Shown piece by piece: positions 25,101-39,923 of a DNA stretch of 64,000 bases (position 1 is its first letter; each line of letters begins with the position of its first letter). A program made the position numbers and the translations under genes. The notes beneath the pieces were generated by a model. It had not been told where the DNA came from, searched no databases, and was given only the letters and a program-made list of their open reading frames with translations. Source of the DNA: Lama guanicoe (Eukaryota); assembly GCA_013239625.1 (NCBI GenBank), contig MU054400.1, forward strand, positions 2,454,282-2,518,281, in the 5' to 3' direction.

Positions 25101-28100
25101 TCTCTTTGCCACAAGTGTTACACTGCAGAATATGAAGCTGCCCGTTTCATGTCTGCAGCTTAAAACAAATGGGGAACTCCATTTGAGTGATGAGCTGCTG
25201 GCCCCTGCTAGCCAGAAACCTCAACAATTCAGTTAATTCAGAAAAGACTGGTTGAGAAGTTGTGTATGAGAAGCCCTATGCTTTGATAAAATGATTCAGT
25301 CTCTCGTCCTCTCCGTAAACTTCTAAAAACCTAAATTCCACATTAGTGCACGGAGACTCTTGGAAGGGCTCTCTCTCTCTCCTCGGAATCTGGATGTTGT
25401 CAATATTGAGCGTTCCTTATTTTGACATCCTCCACTCCTACACTAAAGGAAATACTCTTTCTGGAAAGAGTATCCATTTAGCAGTTTGTTTTGTTTTTTG
25501 CTATGACTACTTACCTGCCCGACGAATATATTGCCAGAAGCAACTACAGATTCAACAGGAGATGTTCCCATAGTCACTAGCATTATCCATCCAACCTAAA
25601 AGGCAAAAAGGGACAAAGTCAGTGAAGAGCTATTGGTGTACATGGAACTTCAAAGTAGGGATAAAAATCTTTAAACTGAAGGAAAATACGGAGTTCTTCA
25701 CCAGTTGTACTTAACTGGAGTATACCTCATATAGTTCATAGAGCAGGTCGATCAAATGCTCCTATTGGAGTGGTAAGTCTGAGTCTTTGTGTAGGTACTT
25801 TGAATGCTATACAAATGAATGTCTATTGAAATGTCTATTTCATACAAGTAATGTCTATTGAATGTCTACTGTATACAAGTAACAAGTTATAATTATTGCT
25901 AATGGTCAGGACAATCTCCATTGCATTCCAGGCCCTTGTTCCCAGTAATGCGTTTAATCCCCACAATAACACTTTAAGGGAGGTCCTATGATTAGGCCCA
26001 TTTTATAGAAGAGGAAACCAAGGCACAGAACAGTTTCATTGTTTTGTCAAAGATCGCCCAGCTAATAAACCCTGGATAAATGGCATTCAAGACTTCGTCC
26101 CTGAAATAATCAGCTCTAAACTTGTCACCCACTCCCTTCCAGTCCCGGTACCTTTCTAACGATCCACTGCATCAGTCCGAGGTAGTACAACATGGACATC
26201 ACAGTGCTGAAAAAAACCACGATGGGCAGGACCTGGAGGTGGGAGGCAAGAGCGACCATGGGTTAACGTCAGCCCCAGCAGTATCAGGAGTAGGTTTCAG
26301 ATCAGTGTCCCTCTTCCTGCCTCCTTCCCCACCCTGAAATGTTACGAAGATACTAGAAACTCCTCTTGAAGTAAGCAACACTTTTATCAGGCAACTTCCT
26401 CGTGTGCAGTCTCTTATTTTAATTTGTTATGGATAAGCTTGAGTACATTTCATAGGAAACGTGACTTTTAAAAAAAATCCTGCTATGATAAACTTTTCTT
26501 TAGAGAAGGGATGAAGTTTTGGGGAAATTTGTAATAATTAGATCTGGAAGCTGAAGTCCACAGGCAGATATTCTTGTTCTGATATTGAACAGACATGGGC
26601 TTCACTACTTATTAGCAGAGTAACCTGGATCAAGATTAAGTGTGATTAACCTCAGTTCCTTACTCATGGTAATTACACGGTAGGTGCTTAAACAGTGCTT
26701 CCTAGGGAGCAAGCATTCATGCATTTAGCTTTCAGAATAATAACTGTTTTACTTACAGATTTTTGAAGCACTCTATATAAAGATTAGACTTTGGAAACTA
26801 GTTTACTTCTGTGTTAATAAAGGTTGCCTTTTCCTAGATTCTGTTTTCCTGATGCTCTTTGGATGCCTTCAGTGCAGCCTGTGTGTCTGCAGGGAGCAGT
26901 TTCTGCCCTGCAGAGACCAACCAGGGCTGTGGTCTGGGGCGCTCCTGACCCCCAGCCCATTGTTCCCCTTCCTCTCTGCTCCCAGCTAAACAGCCGGGGA
27001 CAAGCTGCCACCAGAGACACAGAATGACCAAGGACAATTTGTACAGGATCTAATTTAGAAAAAAAAATCCATTAATAATACATATTAAAAGACTCTGTGC
27101 TATTATTCAGAGCTTGCTCACTTATGTGCTTTTATTGGCTTTAATGGGCAGGCAATGCCTTCCCAAAATCTCCAGGGAGTTAAAGGGGCTCATCCTGCCA
27201 ATGTTCCCGCAGGGAATCTCCTTTGGTAGAAAGCATGGCAGCTACAGCCCCGAGGGAGAGGGCGGGGCTGGGTGGGGAGGCCTAAAGACACTGGTGCAGT
27301 CTGGGCAGCAAATTCCTCCATCTTTGTGATTTTATTTTTTCTAATTCTGGATCCAGTTCATGACAGATGCATATTTGTATCTCAGTTTGTAAACCCTTGA
27401 TCTTTCAGAGATGGCTTAGTTATCTCGGCACCAAAGTATCAAGTCAGCAGTTTAAAAAAAGATTCAGCACAGCATTTGGCCCAACTGATGCCGAGGTAAT
27501 CTGGAGGTGTATCTGGAGTCCCTGAGTGAGAAAACAATTGAGAAGTGTAGGAACAATAACATAGCACAAGAAAAAGAAATCTGAAGAAAAAAAACCAAAT
27601 GCGTCTTTCTGACTCATCGACAAGTATTTGTAGGGACTTCCCAGAGGAAGGTGAGCTTCTGGGGGGTCTTGGGAGGACCTGGGCATGTGGCCAAGTTGCC
27701 TTTCCCCTGGGAAATAGCATCCGTCCTTTGGTTGGGAGGTGCCCAGCCGGCAGGCCTGCCTGGGCGAAGGCTGTGCAGAAGGAAAGAGGGGAAAGGTTTA
27801 GCACGTGGTTGGCTCTGAAAGACCAGAGGCTGATGTGGGTGACCAGCTGTTCCGGAGGGTCTGGGATGAAGGCGTTTCCTGGGTACAGCGCTGTCACTGA
27901 TTCTGGACTGGGAAGACATTGACGGCCACATGCCTCTTCTTTGCCGGATACCTAATGTCCCTTCTCCTGACATCTCAGATACTGTTACCCCTTATGATCT
28001 TACATAAGTATCTCAACAAATGCTACAAGACCTCCAGGAGCGCAGGCATCCCTTGTTTCATTTTGCTCCGCTTTGTTGCCCTTCTTGGATATTGTGTTTC

Positions 28101-31100
28101 TTACAGATTGAAGGATTGTGGCAACTGTTTGTTGAGCAAGTCTATCGGCGCGGTTTTTCCAACAGCATTTGCTCACTTTGTGCCTCTGTCACTGGTAGTT
28201 CGCACAATATTTCAGACTTTCTCACTATTACTCTATCTGTTATGGTGATCTGTGATCAGTGATCTTTGATGTTACTATTGTAATTGTTTTTGGCATTTTT
28301 TAGCAATAAAGTATTTTTTAATTTAGTACTTTTTTCAGACATAATGCTATTGCACACTTAATAGACTACAGTAGAGTGTACACATAACTTTTTTTTTCTT
28401 TTCTTTTTAAACATAACTTTTATATGTGCTGGGAAACCAAAAAGTTTCTGTGACTTGCTTTATTGCCATATCCACTTGATCGTGGTGGTCTGGAACCAAA
28501 TCTGCAATATCTCTGAAGTATGTCTGTGTTTCAGTATTTCTGACTTCCTCTAGATGTTTCACTTAATGCTACAGTAACAAAATAAAATGTTTTCAGTCCA
28601 CTGACTTCAGATAAATTGTAAAGGAGAAGGGACGGTGACGTGCTGTGCCCCTGTGACAGGCCTGGCAGGTGTATGCCTGGTTTCTGGTCAGTTAGCTTCT
28701 ATCTGAATATCTACAAAGAGAGAAGTTATTGAAAAGGAAGTCCCTTTGTAGAAAAAAAAGTTTGGCTTTACCTTAAATGCAAAAAAGTGGTCTGTATATT
28801 TCTCACCAAAGACGAACGAAGCACCAGCATCACTATACGCCAAGAATGTCTGAGTTAAAGGAAGGAAAAGAGCAGATCATTACAAGCACTGAAGTGGTGG
28901 TTACCATCCACAGGAGCTACCAGGCTCTGCAGAGGGTGGGGACCCAGAAAACTGGTTGGACAGACTTGGAGAGTTAATTTTCTCAACTTTCCCCCTGCAG
29001 TGGATGGCATGAAAGTGTATTTTGGAACTATAACGACATACAGATTTCCTGGCAGTTCTGACACTCAGTCTGACTCTAGGATGCTGAAGAGTAAGCCAGG
29101 TGTGGTAATTTGCTCCAGGAGCCATAAATGGTACACGGGTGGTACTAGGTACCACTGAATGCAAAGAAGTCCTATTTCACTGGGGAAACATCTTAGAAGA
29201 GAGACACCCTGAGGCAGGATGGGATAGGCAAGTGATATGGTAGATGATCTGGGTAAGGGACAATGGAATATTAATAAACTAGGCAGATTAACATATTCTA
29301 CATAAACAAAATTATTTGTCTAACTCATGCTATGGAATTAAAACATGGGTCAACTCATGCAGATAGATAAATCTTTCTGGCGTGTCTTGAGGGTTATAGT
29401 CAAATGTCAAAAACACTGTAAAAACAACGTGTTCTTTTGAACCATACTTACCTGAACTTGTTTGCCCAACCAATCAAAAGCCATAAATCCAGGTTTAGTC
29501 CTTAGGATCAAAAGCCCAAGAAGAAACTGTATCCCAATTCCCCAAAAGACAGGCCTCCAGTAAACCTACACAGAAAGATGAAGACATAGATCTTATTAGA
29601 AAATGAACACTGACCTCAGCGTAAATGCCCAGAGGATCACTGTGTATTTTGGAAGTCTCTCAGACGTGGCCTGTGACCCACCTTCTTTTGAAGGCCAAAG
29701 CAATTGTGAGCAGAGAATCCCTCGATAGAATCATACCTAAAAATCTCAGGGTTGTAGTCCCTCTTCTTAAACTTGAATTTAAGGCAACAGTTCCGGGAGC
29801 ATAGGTAACCATTTCGTCATGATAAAATCACTTAGACACAAAGCATAGTCTTAGGAGGGCCATGAAAGGAGGAAGGATCTGCCCCTCCCAGTTATGCTGT
29901 AAATATTAGATACATATAATCATTTCCCCTATCTGGAAAATGGAAAAGCAGAACATAACTTCTCTGCGTGCCCAAGGTTTGTTGATCTGACAATTTGTAA
30001 GTGAATTAAGTGAAATTCCACCCTTTTGAGGGGCTCTCATTTTACTGTAAGAGGAACCAATTAACTCTAACGCAGACTCGGGGTGTGCAGCAGTAATGGA
30101 CCATCATCTGCTTTCGTTTTCGGTGCAGAGATAAGTGGCCTGCAAAGAGCTATGGGATTGGAGGCACGGAAAACAGTGTGGCCGTTCACTTGAACAGGGC
30201 AAAGACTTCGGATAATATTAGGTGGTTTTGGTCTTCACTTAATGCTCTTTTCTTGGGTCAACCTTTTAGCCAGTAAAGTCTTTCAGAGTTTGCCATCATG
30301 AATCCTGTGTGAAAGCTTCACTGTCTCTGAATTCTTGCCCATGTAATGGGTTACAGGCTGACAGAACAAGGATGAGAATTGAGTTCAGTGGGGATGGAAC
30401 TGCGTAAGGACAAATTTTTGGAGTAAAATAGCCTTAATGGCAAATAGCAGTTTGATAAACTGCAGAATCCAGTGGTAGAATATTAGATTATTTGCTGGTC
30501 TGCGGAAATCTGGATCAAAATGGATGTGTTTTCTTTATACATACATTTGATGGGGAAGGTGGGCTACATTAGTAGAAATTGTATCTGACAGGCGAGAATA
30601 TTTCACTGGTTGAGCAACTGGAAAATTACTGAGACTGAAAAACGAGAGATTAACAGGACTATTCACGTTCAGGATGAAGGGCACTCTTGCCATTAAAATA
30701 TCACAGCAAGGTAAGAAAAATATTGAATAACAGTTCAATTGTCTCATACTCATTATTTTGAGCAATTTACACATGAGGGAAAAAATAGGGAAAAAACCAA
30801 AAAAAAAAAAAAAAAGGATCGATCTCACACTCACTCTGGTTGGGTGCTTAGAAAACAGAAATGTCAGGATAGTGTACATGACAAGCCCTCCGAAGGACAC
30901 GAGCTGCCGTTGGCCCAGTTTGGCGGTGTCCAGGATCAGCCAGAGCAGAACTGCCAGGGTCAGGGAGCCCCAGGTCACCCTGCAGGAACCAGAAGGGAGG
31001 CTTCGGCATCATTTGTGGTGTTAGCTTGAAAACCTTAATCAGGCTTCAAACAAACGGACAAAAAATACTGCGTAACACACCCTGGCACCGGGAAATGATG

Positions 31101-34100
31101 CTTCCAGAAACTGCAACAAACTCTCTTTGGTTATTGTGGCTACTATAAAGGCAAACAGTCAAGAAATTAAGCAATGTGTCCCCTCCCTCCACAACTCTTG
31201 GGCCCTTTGCCGGTTCAAGGATATTTAAAGAGGCTGGAGAGGAGAAAGGATGTTTGGAGAGGAAGTCTGGTGGTTTCTTTGTGAGAGCTACTGGGACTCC
31301 TCACCTCCGTTTTGGGAGACGGGTGAAGTGTTACCTTCTTCCCTTTAAGGAGAAACTTGAAATGTGTCTTCTGCATTGGGGGACCTCACCCAGGCCTCAG
31401 AGAGCTAAGTCAGACTGTAGATTGGGTTCTGAGTCCCTGGGGATCTAGTGGGCATGACAGGGCTGACTCACTTGGTGGCAGCGCCAGAGAGGATGCTCTG
31501 CTGGGATTGCACAACCCCGGTTTATTAGGCCAACAATGTGTAAACTTTCCTGGTGGATCCCATGTGGGCCATGCTTGGGAGAATTGGTCCTGAGTCCTAC
31601 CTACCCCATAGGGCCACCTAGAGATCAAGGAGATACCACAGAGAGAGGCTGAAATTAAAACCGTGGCTATTCACCTGCAGGACGTGGGGTCCTACAAGAG
31701 AAAGTTGGCTTTAACAGCTCATAGACTCTTCCTCCCAAGGAGGCTCGCTTCACGCTCAAAGCAGAAAGTCACCTTTCTAAGCCAAAACTGACCCAACTTT
31801 TGGACAACAGTTTACCATTTAGTGATGCTTAAAATTAAGGCAGTTTGTAGGGACATTTGAGCACATCCTGAATGAGTCACTGCCTTATCTGGGCCTTGCT
31901 GTCCTGCTTGTAAAATGAAGACATTTTAAACAGATTATTCCCTAAGGTTCTTTCTAGCTTCAGTATCCCATAAATAAGGAAGCAATTTCAGAACAAATCT
32001 TTGGGACAGTATTGAAAAAAACTAACATCCCTCTCGACCGCAGTAAGAGGACTCTGCATTTACCACTTCAGCCAGAACCAGTGGCTGTCCAGAAGGCTTC
32101 TGCCAGGGGACAGGAACTTGTCGATCCGAGACTCATATTTGGCCATGAAGCGATCCCAGACCACAAAGAAGATGACTACCACTGTGATCACGAAAAGAGG
32201 GAGGGCTCTGTGGAAGTTCAGCACACAGGCTGCAATCACCAGAGCCAGGTAACCTGTCCAGGAAGCAAATGCAAACAGTGAATGTCACCAACATCGACTA
32301 GAGACCAGCCTCCAGCACTGATCTGGCTCAGCCAAGGGCAAGTTCAGTCAGGAAAACAATGAATATATATGCACATTTTAAAAATTGAAGTATAGTCGGT
32401 TTACAAAGTTGTGGTAATTTCTGGTGTACAGCATAGTGATTCATATATATATACCTTTTCATATTCTTTTTCATTATAGGCTGTAACTAGGTATTGGATA
32501 TAGTTCCCTGTCCTAAACAGCAGGATCTTGCTATTTGTCTATTTTACACATAGTAGTTAGTACCTGCAAATCCTAAACTCCCAAATTATCCCTCTACCTC
32601 CACCCCCTTCCCCTGGGTAACCACGATTTTGTTTTCTATGTCTGTGAATCTGTTTCTGTTTTGTAGATAAGTTCATTTGTCTCATTTTTAAAAAGATTTC
32701 ACATATAAGTGATATCACATGGTATTTTTCTTTCTCTTTCTGGCTTACTTCACCTAGTATGACAATCTCCAGGTCCATCCATGTTGCTACAAATGGCATT
32801 ATTTTATTCTTTTTTATGGCTGAGTAGTATTCCATTGTATATATTTCCTTTTCTGAAGTTTCATTGTTAATGTAAAGAAATGCAACAGATTTCTGTATGT
32901 TAATCTTGTATCCTTCTACCTTGCTGAATTCGTTTATCAGCTCTACTAGTTTTTGTGTGGAGTCTTTTGGGTTTTCTGTATATAGTATCATTATACATTT
33001 TTTTAAGTGTCACCAAGTTTGCTAGGAGGACAGGGTGCTAGGACATTTTCCTTAAAGAACCTTCTGAATTAGTGAATCTTGTTGCTTGATCATTGAGTGT
33101 CTTGCTTAATACTAACTTTTTCTGATATTCACACTCAGCAGGTGAGCCTGCAGAGAAAGGCCAGGCACTAAAGCAACCACTGGCAAGAAAAGTATGGATT
33201 CTCTTGGTTTGCAGCTCAGATTTGGCCTAAGCTTGAGTAGGAAAATCTTTGAGTGCCACACCACAATCTCTAAGTACCACAGACTCTCTAAAGGAAAATG
33301 GGGTGGGGGTGGTGAGGTATGATTACCAAGGTGAAGGCTTCTGGAGAGGAGATTCTAGGATAAGAACAAGGATTTCCATTAAAGGTCAGCAAACATGGCT
33401 TTGTCTGCAAGTTAAATTTGGCCTACCACTTGTTTCTGCAGGTGGCAAGTACAGTTGTATTTGTACATTTGCATTTGTATTCTATGAATAAAGTCACATG
33501 GGCACACAGCCACACCATCTGCTCACTTTGTGCTACAGTGGCACAGCTGTGCGGTTTTGAGTATGGTCTGCAAAATGCTCTCCAGACTGGTGCAGAGAAA
33601 CCTTAAACCCTGCTGCTACCTGTGCTGGCTTTGTGAGCACCAGAAAAACTCACTGACCTCCTGGGGCAGGGGGCTTGGATTAATGTCTGTGGACTTGGGT
33701 GAGAGGGTTCACATTTTATAGACAGGAGTGTTCCTTGAAATGGGCCCAGACCCCTTTGCTTTAGAGGGAATTAAAACAGGACACCTGCTCGCCTCTGAAG
33801 ACATCTCTGGTCCTGCTTTCAGGTAAGAGGAGTGACCTGAGACTTCTCCCCATGTTGTGTGCAGATAAAGTCTCAATTGATTCCTCATATCACCCCTTCA
33901 GTTAGGTTTCTGCCTTGTGATTATCACTCTGTTTTCCAGTTACCTGAATTTGCATTCTCGAACTCTCAAGTCCAAACCACAATAACAAAGGTCATTAGAG
34001 CAAGTGACCTAAAAAATCAGCCACTGGCTGCCTAAACAGGCAGGGGGACTATCTACATGGGCTTTCCAAGCTGAGACCCCCACCCTTGGGGGCCTCTTGA

Positions 34101-37100
34101 TTAAATTCTCTCCTCTCTGGATGGTTCATTGAAGTCCAGGGAAAAGGGAAGATTTATTTGTTTTCTACAGAAAGGTAATAGTTGAGGGATCCTGGAAAAG
34201 AGGCCACTCCCTTTTGTTACTTACTTGCTATTAAAATGCCCCAGATGATGTACTGAAGGGTGGTTTTGTGTTTCTTACAAAAATCACAAACTGTACCACA
34301 CTTCCTTTCCAGGCACCTGTAACAACACAAAAGCAAGAAGGCAGGCAAAAGTCACCACCATACGCACGAAATAACCGTGGCCCACTAAAGCTAGGTGAGG
34401 CTTTGTGAATCAAATAAGCAGCAAACAAATTCACGATGTGTATGTCCTACAAAATAGAAATAAGAAATGCATTTCATTTTAGATTAAAATCAGCCAAGGC
34501 TGGGATCAACCTTTGCTGAACGGATGTGCCAAGCTCCAAGTAGTTCGAAATGCAGAAAATATGGTCTGGAACTAAATCATAGGATGAGAGTGTTTCTCAC
34601 TGGGTTAGGAGGACCTCCATTAGCGTTTAAGCTCTCATGCAAAACCTTGACTTAAAAAAAAAAATAAAATCCAATGAACTCTCATCGCCTCTGGGTCCCA
34701 AAGTTTGAGCAAGCTGGTTGTTCCCTGTCTGCAGTCACCACCCTCTTTAGCTGGAGACTGATGGGCTTCACAAGATGCCTGAAATGTAAAGTAGGATTTC
34801 AGGGCTATTAACTGATGAGTTGTAATATAGCTTTCTCAGAAGGTTCTGGAATTGGTGTTGTCTTTGCTTCGGCCCAGAGCTTTGTTACAGGGTGGTGTGT
34901 AGTGTGTGAGCAACCTGAGCCTCTGATCACTTCTTCCAGGGAGGACGGTGTCCACCAGTGAGGAGTGTGGAGAGGCCACAGGGCCATCCTGAGGACGACG
35001 GCCCTCTACTTCTCCTGGGTGCCCCTGGCCCTACCTTGCCTGCTCTGAGAGCAGGCTTCCCTGCACCTGCCTCTTTCTTCAGTGTGCCTTCTAACGGAGG
35101 CCTCTCCTTCTCCCGCTTGAGGCCAAGTGGAAGGGATTTTCTTGCCCATTAATCATGACCACTTCCAGGTCACTGGACAGGATTTCTGAAACAATCACTT
35201 TCTCGTCCAGAAGATTCTCAATCTCCAGGATCTTAAAGGCCTCAGCCCCCAGCTGGAACCTCCCCTCCTCTTGGTGAAGGCCTCCAGTTCTCTTCCCTCC
35301 AGCAGTGATGCCCCAAAGTCCAAGTGTCAGCAGCCCCTTTCAAGTTTCAGGGCGCAGCTGAAGCCTTTCATGTCTACAGAGCCTTCCTGCATTTCCTCAG
35401 ACAGAGGCATTCCTCTGCAATCTACTCCTACTGTCACCTTTGAGTGTGTTTTGTTGTGAAGCCTTAACTGACTGTGACTTTGTGGAGAATGGATTTCTGT
35501 GAGCCCCACAACACCAGCACCGTGGACATGGAGTGCTTGGCAGGCTTTTGTTGAATTATTAGATACATGAAATGGGAGTGTGTATTGCTTTTCTGGAACA
35601 ATCTTTCACAGGTGTGGGTTGAGACCCATCAGTGGGTTGGGAAGTCAGTCACTCTGCGTGATAACCATTGTTAAACAAAAGAACAGGATATCTCAGGGTG
35701 TATCACACAGAGTGATGGCAGGCATTATTTCATGAACCTTTTGTCTTATGTATGTGTGTGCATATGTGCACTGAGGATTAGAAAGACTGTCCTAGAAGAT
35801 ATTGAGGGAATGTTAGTGTAGTAAATACTAAATGTTTTCATGGTCTAATTTAGGAAAGGCTGATAATACATTATCTTCAGTTCTGGATACAGTGTTATAA
35901 AGTAGCGCTGATGGAGGGCAATGTTGAATAGGGCGCACTCATCTATTTTGGGTTGAATTTATCAAATTTTTTTAATAGCAGGGAATGTGCATAGGCCATT
36001 ACGGCAATCTGACATTGCATAAAATGAAGTAGCTAGAAATAGATGCTTCGGCCATTTGATTACCTAGGCTGCACAATTCTCCGTCTCCTGGTGGTCGTTT
36101 TCCATCCCATTAATATTGATGAAACCTGAGTACCTCTGACTACCCAGGAGAATCTCTCAGTCCCCAGGGTCAGAGATTCATAGAGTAAAATGAAGGATGA
36201 AACCAAGTTCAGGTTTCCAAGGTGGTAAAATATTTTCAATGATGTATATTGGACAAGAGCCTTCAGTCCTAATTCTGACCAACTCCAGAGATCTCTTCTG
36301 ATACATAAAAACAAGTTTCCTCAGAAACTTAGGAATGTAAGTCATATTTAAATAGGAATTCAGAAAATTTACAAATACTTTAGTGTTATGATCAAGTACC
36401 ACACAATCTTGGTCTAGGAATCAGAAGCTGGCATTTAAATTAGCTTTGTTCCACTCTAGCTGATGAACTTTGGGTAAATCAGTTTCCCGAGCTTAACTTT
36501 TCTGATCAAAAAAAACCAAAAAAAAACAACCAAAAAAAACAGCTTGCCTTTCCTGCTAGTGGGATAAGGGTGGGTGATAAAGACTTGGGGTATTTTCATG
36601 ATACAACAAGGCAAGTGCAAGTTTTGTTGGCATTTCAAGTGAATTGGGTTTTGAGAACTCAATTGCTTATTGATTGAAAATTGAGAAGATGAATTAACTA
36701 CTTTTGTATGGACTGGAGCAATTAGTTGGCAATTTACACCTTTAATTAGAAGATTGTGCTGGATGTTGGGTTCCCAGGACATAAGCAGTTGGAATTTACT
36801 TGTTGATTATCCTAGAGCTCCATCAATTTTTCTGAAAAATTGGTTGGATAGTAGGGAGGGGGGATTGGTGCTGACCACCTCTGATAAATCATAATTCATG
36901 TTAAAAATTAGATGAGAATAAAAAAAAGTGGCAAAACTGCTTTGTTTAGGAGCTCGGTGTAGTTACTCCTCTGGCTTAAGTTTTTACCCTTTCTGATGAG
37001 TGTCTTGCTCATCCTCCTCATCTTCGTCCTTCCTTGGGGAATCCTGCTCAATCGTGACTCGCTCTTGGCCCTGGAAATCAAACGTTGGAACAAAGATGGA

Positions 37101-39923
37101 ATAATGAGAATACTGAGCATGATGGACTCTGATCTCTTTTGCTCAGAATTTTGGTGAAGAAATTTTGCCAAAAGGTCCTTTGAAATTATTATGCAAGATG
37201 CTGACTCCAATTACCTATGGCAGAGACATTTTTCCCCTTGTCACAGAAAACCCGGGCTCCCACACATTTCTCCCTTCACTTCAAGAGAAGCCATTGGTAC
37301 TTTCTCCATTTCTTCAGGGAACAGGCTAACATCTCTGCTTTTTGTTCCTGTCTCTACTGTAATCATTTAACTCCTGCCCTGTTTTCAGGCAAGTGCTAAA
37401 TGAAATTAATACCAGGGGCTGCATAAATCTCCCTTTATGTTCTCTGCCGGGCCCAGTTTTCAAAGGCTGGAGACGAAGGCTGGTTCTATTTTCCTGGCAG
37501 CCCGAGGCTTGGTCTGCTAATGTGAACACTTGCTCAGCCTTATCAAGAGCTGTTAAGCTACCCTTGGAAACTGGGGTTCTCCTCTCAGTTGGATTGAAGG
37601 GAGCTATTTCAACAATTAGAGCTAGCCCTTGCCTTGCTCTAATTAATTGAGCAAAGTGCATACCTGGGCTGTGTTTCATGGCCAGTCTTTCCAGGTACTA
37701 TTTGAGTTCTTAAATATCCATGACCCACCCTAGTCTTGTGATGGTGTAGAGGATATCCTGGCCCCCTCCGCACAATTTTGCAATAATGTCTCAAACAGGC
37801 CCAGCTATTGGAGCAAAGGCAAGGGAAGGCGGGAAGGACGTGTGCCGCTGTGGAGCAGTTTTGAACATGCGCTAAGAGGTAAAGTGCCGAATCTCAGATT
37901 TGGGTTTTTTGTCATATCCCATGAGGCCTTTGATTCTCTTTACTTTAACAAAAAACATAGAAATGAGTTATTAGCACATCTCTGAGCTGAAAGGATCCTC
38001 AGAGATCATACAGTCTTTGGACGCCAAACTCGCTTCACGCTCTGACCTAGACTCTGTTCATATTCTGGGCTGGGCCTCAGGTACTGGGAAGGTGAGGGTG
38101 TAATCGCAGGGCAGTCCAGCCAAGTCCACGCCGCAGCTGCTGAGGTCAAGGGTGGAGAGAGGCCTTACTCATTTCCCCATCTAACACCTGGCTTGGTCAA
38201 GAGTCCAAGTCTGGTAAATTTTTTATTTAAATGATCATAATTATTATTTTCTTACAGAGAAGTTGTCCCACGTTGCCTACTATATGGAATGTCTAGACCC
38301 ACTATTGTTCTCTTTTCTGGTTTTGCCAACTCTTTCTCATCTTTATTTATTATTGTATTATTTTATTTTGGCAGTGAGGGGAGGCAGTTAGGTTTCTTTA
38401 TTTTTATAGGAGGTACTGGGAATTGAACCCACGACATTGTACATGCTAAGCATGCACTCTACCACTTGAGCTGTACACCCTCCCTCTTTCTCATCTTTAA
38501 AGCAGAGCAAAGTAACAACAAAACCTGCCTGACCCCACAGTCACAGGACGTGTACCCTCCCTTAACTTGAAAGAGTTACCCTTACGTTTAGCGACACTCC
38601 CTCACGTCCCGCTCGCTTCTCACCTCCCTGGGGCCAGACTTCTACTTATGGCTTCTGCCATGGTCACCCAAGGACCACTGTTGCCAAATCCAGTAGCTGC
38701 TTCTCACTCTTCATATTTCTGTTTACCATAATACCTAATTTTTTTGTTTTTTAATTTTTGGTGAAACAATTAAAAAAAAAAGACTTTTGAGAGCAAAGCT
38801 GAAGTGAAGGTGCAGAGATTTCCCATGCATTTCCATCCCACCATCCCCCCCACTCCCTGCCCCCAGACAGCCTCCCGCTTTATTGACTTCTCCCCTCAGA
38901 GTGGTACATTTGTCACAAGTGGTGAAACGCCAAAGTCCATGGTTTACATTAGGGCTCGCTCTTGGTGTTTTACATTCTGTGGGTTTGTACAAATGTTCAA
39001 TAACATCTATCAACCATCGCAGTACCATACAGAGTATTTTCACTGCCCTAAAAGTCCTCTGAGCCTATTCATTCCTCCCTCCACTCTTGGCAGTCAGTGA
39101 TCTTTTTACTGTCTCCACATTTTGCCTTTTCCAGAAGGTCATGTAGTTGGAACCACAGTATATAGCCTTCTCAGTTTGCTTCTGACACTTAGTAACACAC
39201 CTGTAATGCTCCCCATGTCTTTTCATGTCTTGGTAGCTCCTTTGTTTTTAGTGCTGAATAATATTCCCTTGTCTGGATGGACCATAGTTTTATTTATCTG
39301 TTCACCTACTTAAGGACATCTTGGTTGCTTCCAGGTTTTGACAGTTATGAATAAAGCTGCTATAAACACCCATGTGCAGCTTTTTGTGTGAATAGAAGTA
39401 TCTTTTTCTCCTTTTTTGGTTGGAGAATACTTAGTGATAAGAGCCCCTTACAATGTATCAATTGAATGAGACAATTAGCAAATCATATGAAAGTATGATC
39501 CCCATATAGGTGACACATGCATGTGGATGTTTAATACCTACTTGTATTAAAGCAAGTGTATTCCAATATGTTAGGCACTGACTTTTTTTCTGGAATTACA
39601 GGTCATTTTTTTTTGTCTTCCAAATTTTGCTGCAATCACTTCCCACATTTTTTACTTCAAATAAATTATTCTTTTATCCAGGGCCAACTGCCTCCAGTAA
39701 ATGGCACCCGATATTACTTTTTAAAGGACGAAGTACATGGATAATTTGCTCACTTTTTAGCAGCAGAAAGCTTTCTTCAAATGAGAGTCTTACACCTGTA
39801 ACTTTCTATAATATTGCACACCAACTACACTTCAATTTAAAAATTTTAAAAATTAAAAAAAATCCCATACTCACTGAAAATATCCTTCAAAAGTGAACAC
39901 ATAATAGAGATACCTTCAGGAAG

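Noticed and set aside
25818..25882. Short repeats as a CRISPR-like array (also 13573-13605, 52629-52689, 41203-41237)
   Set aside because: Simple tandem or slippage duplications without unique spacers, in a mammalian genome.
27439..27973. Cluster of overlapping 80-152-aa ORFs in intron 8 (similar cluster at 56392-57348)
   Set aside because: GC-rich intronic sequence with few stop codons; no domain resemblance, coherent splice structure or retrocopy hallmarks.
32557..32991. 144-aa RT-like ORF as a functional gene
   Set aside because: Truncated L1 ORF2 remnant that starts just after the catalytic DD motif and has no promoter.
34217..34224. Second GT donor 4 nt downstream of the exon 4 donor
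   Set aside because: It would add an in-exon frameshift; the proximal CAA|gtaagt site is stronger and keeps the frame.
35130..35235. Acidic-looking minus-strand reading ([11 protein letters not shown]..) considered as an exon
   Set aside because: The true exons 2-4 already join in frame, and this segment shows no CNT3 similarity.
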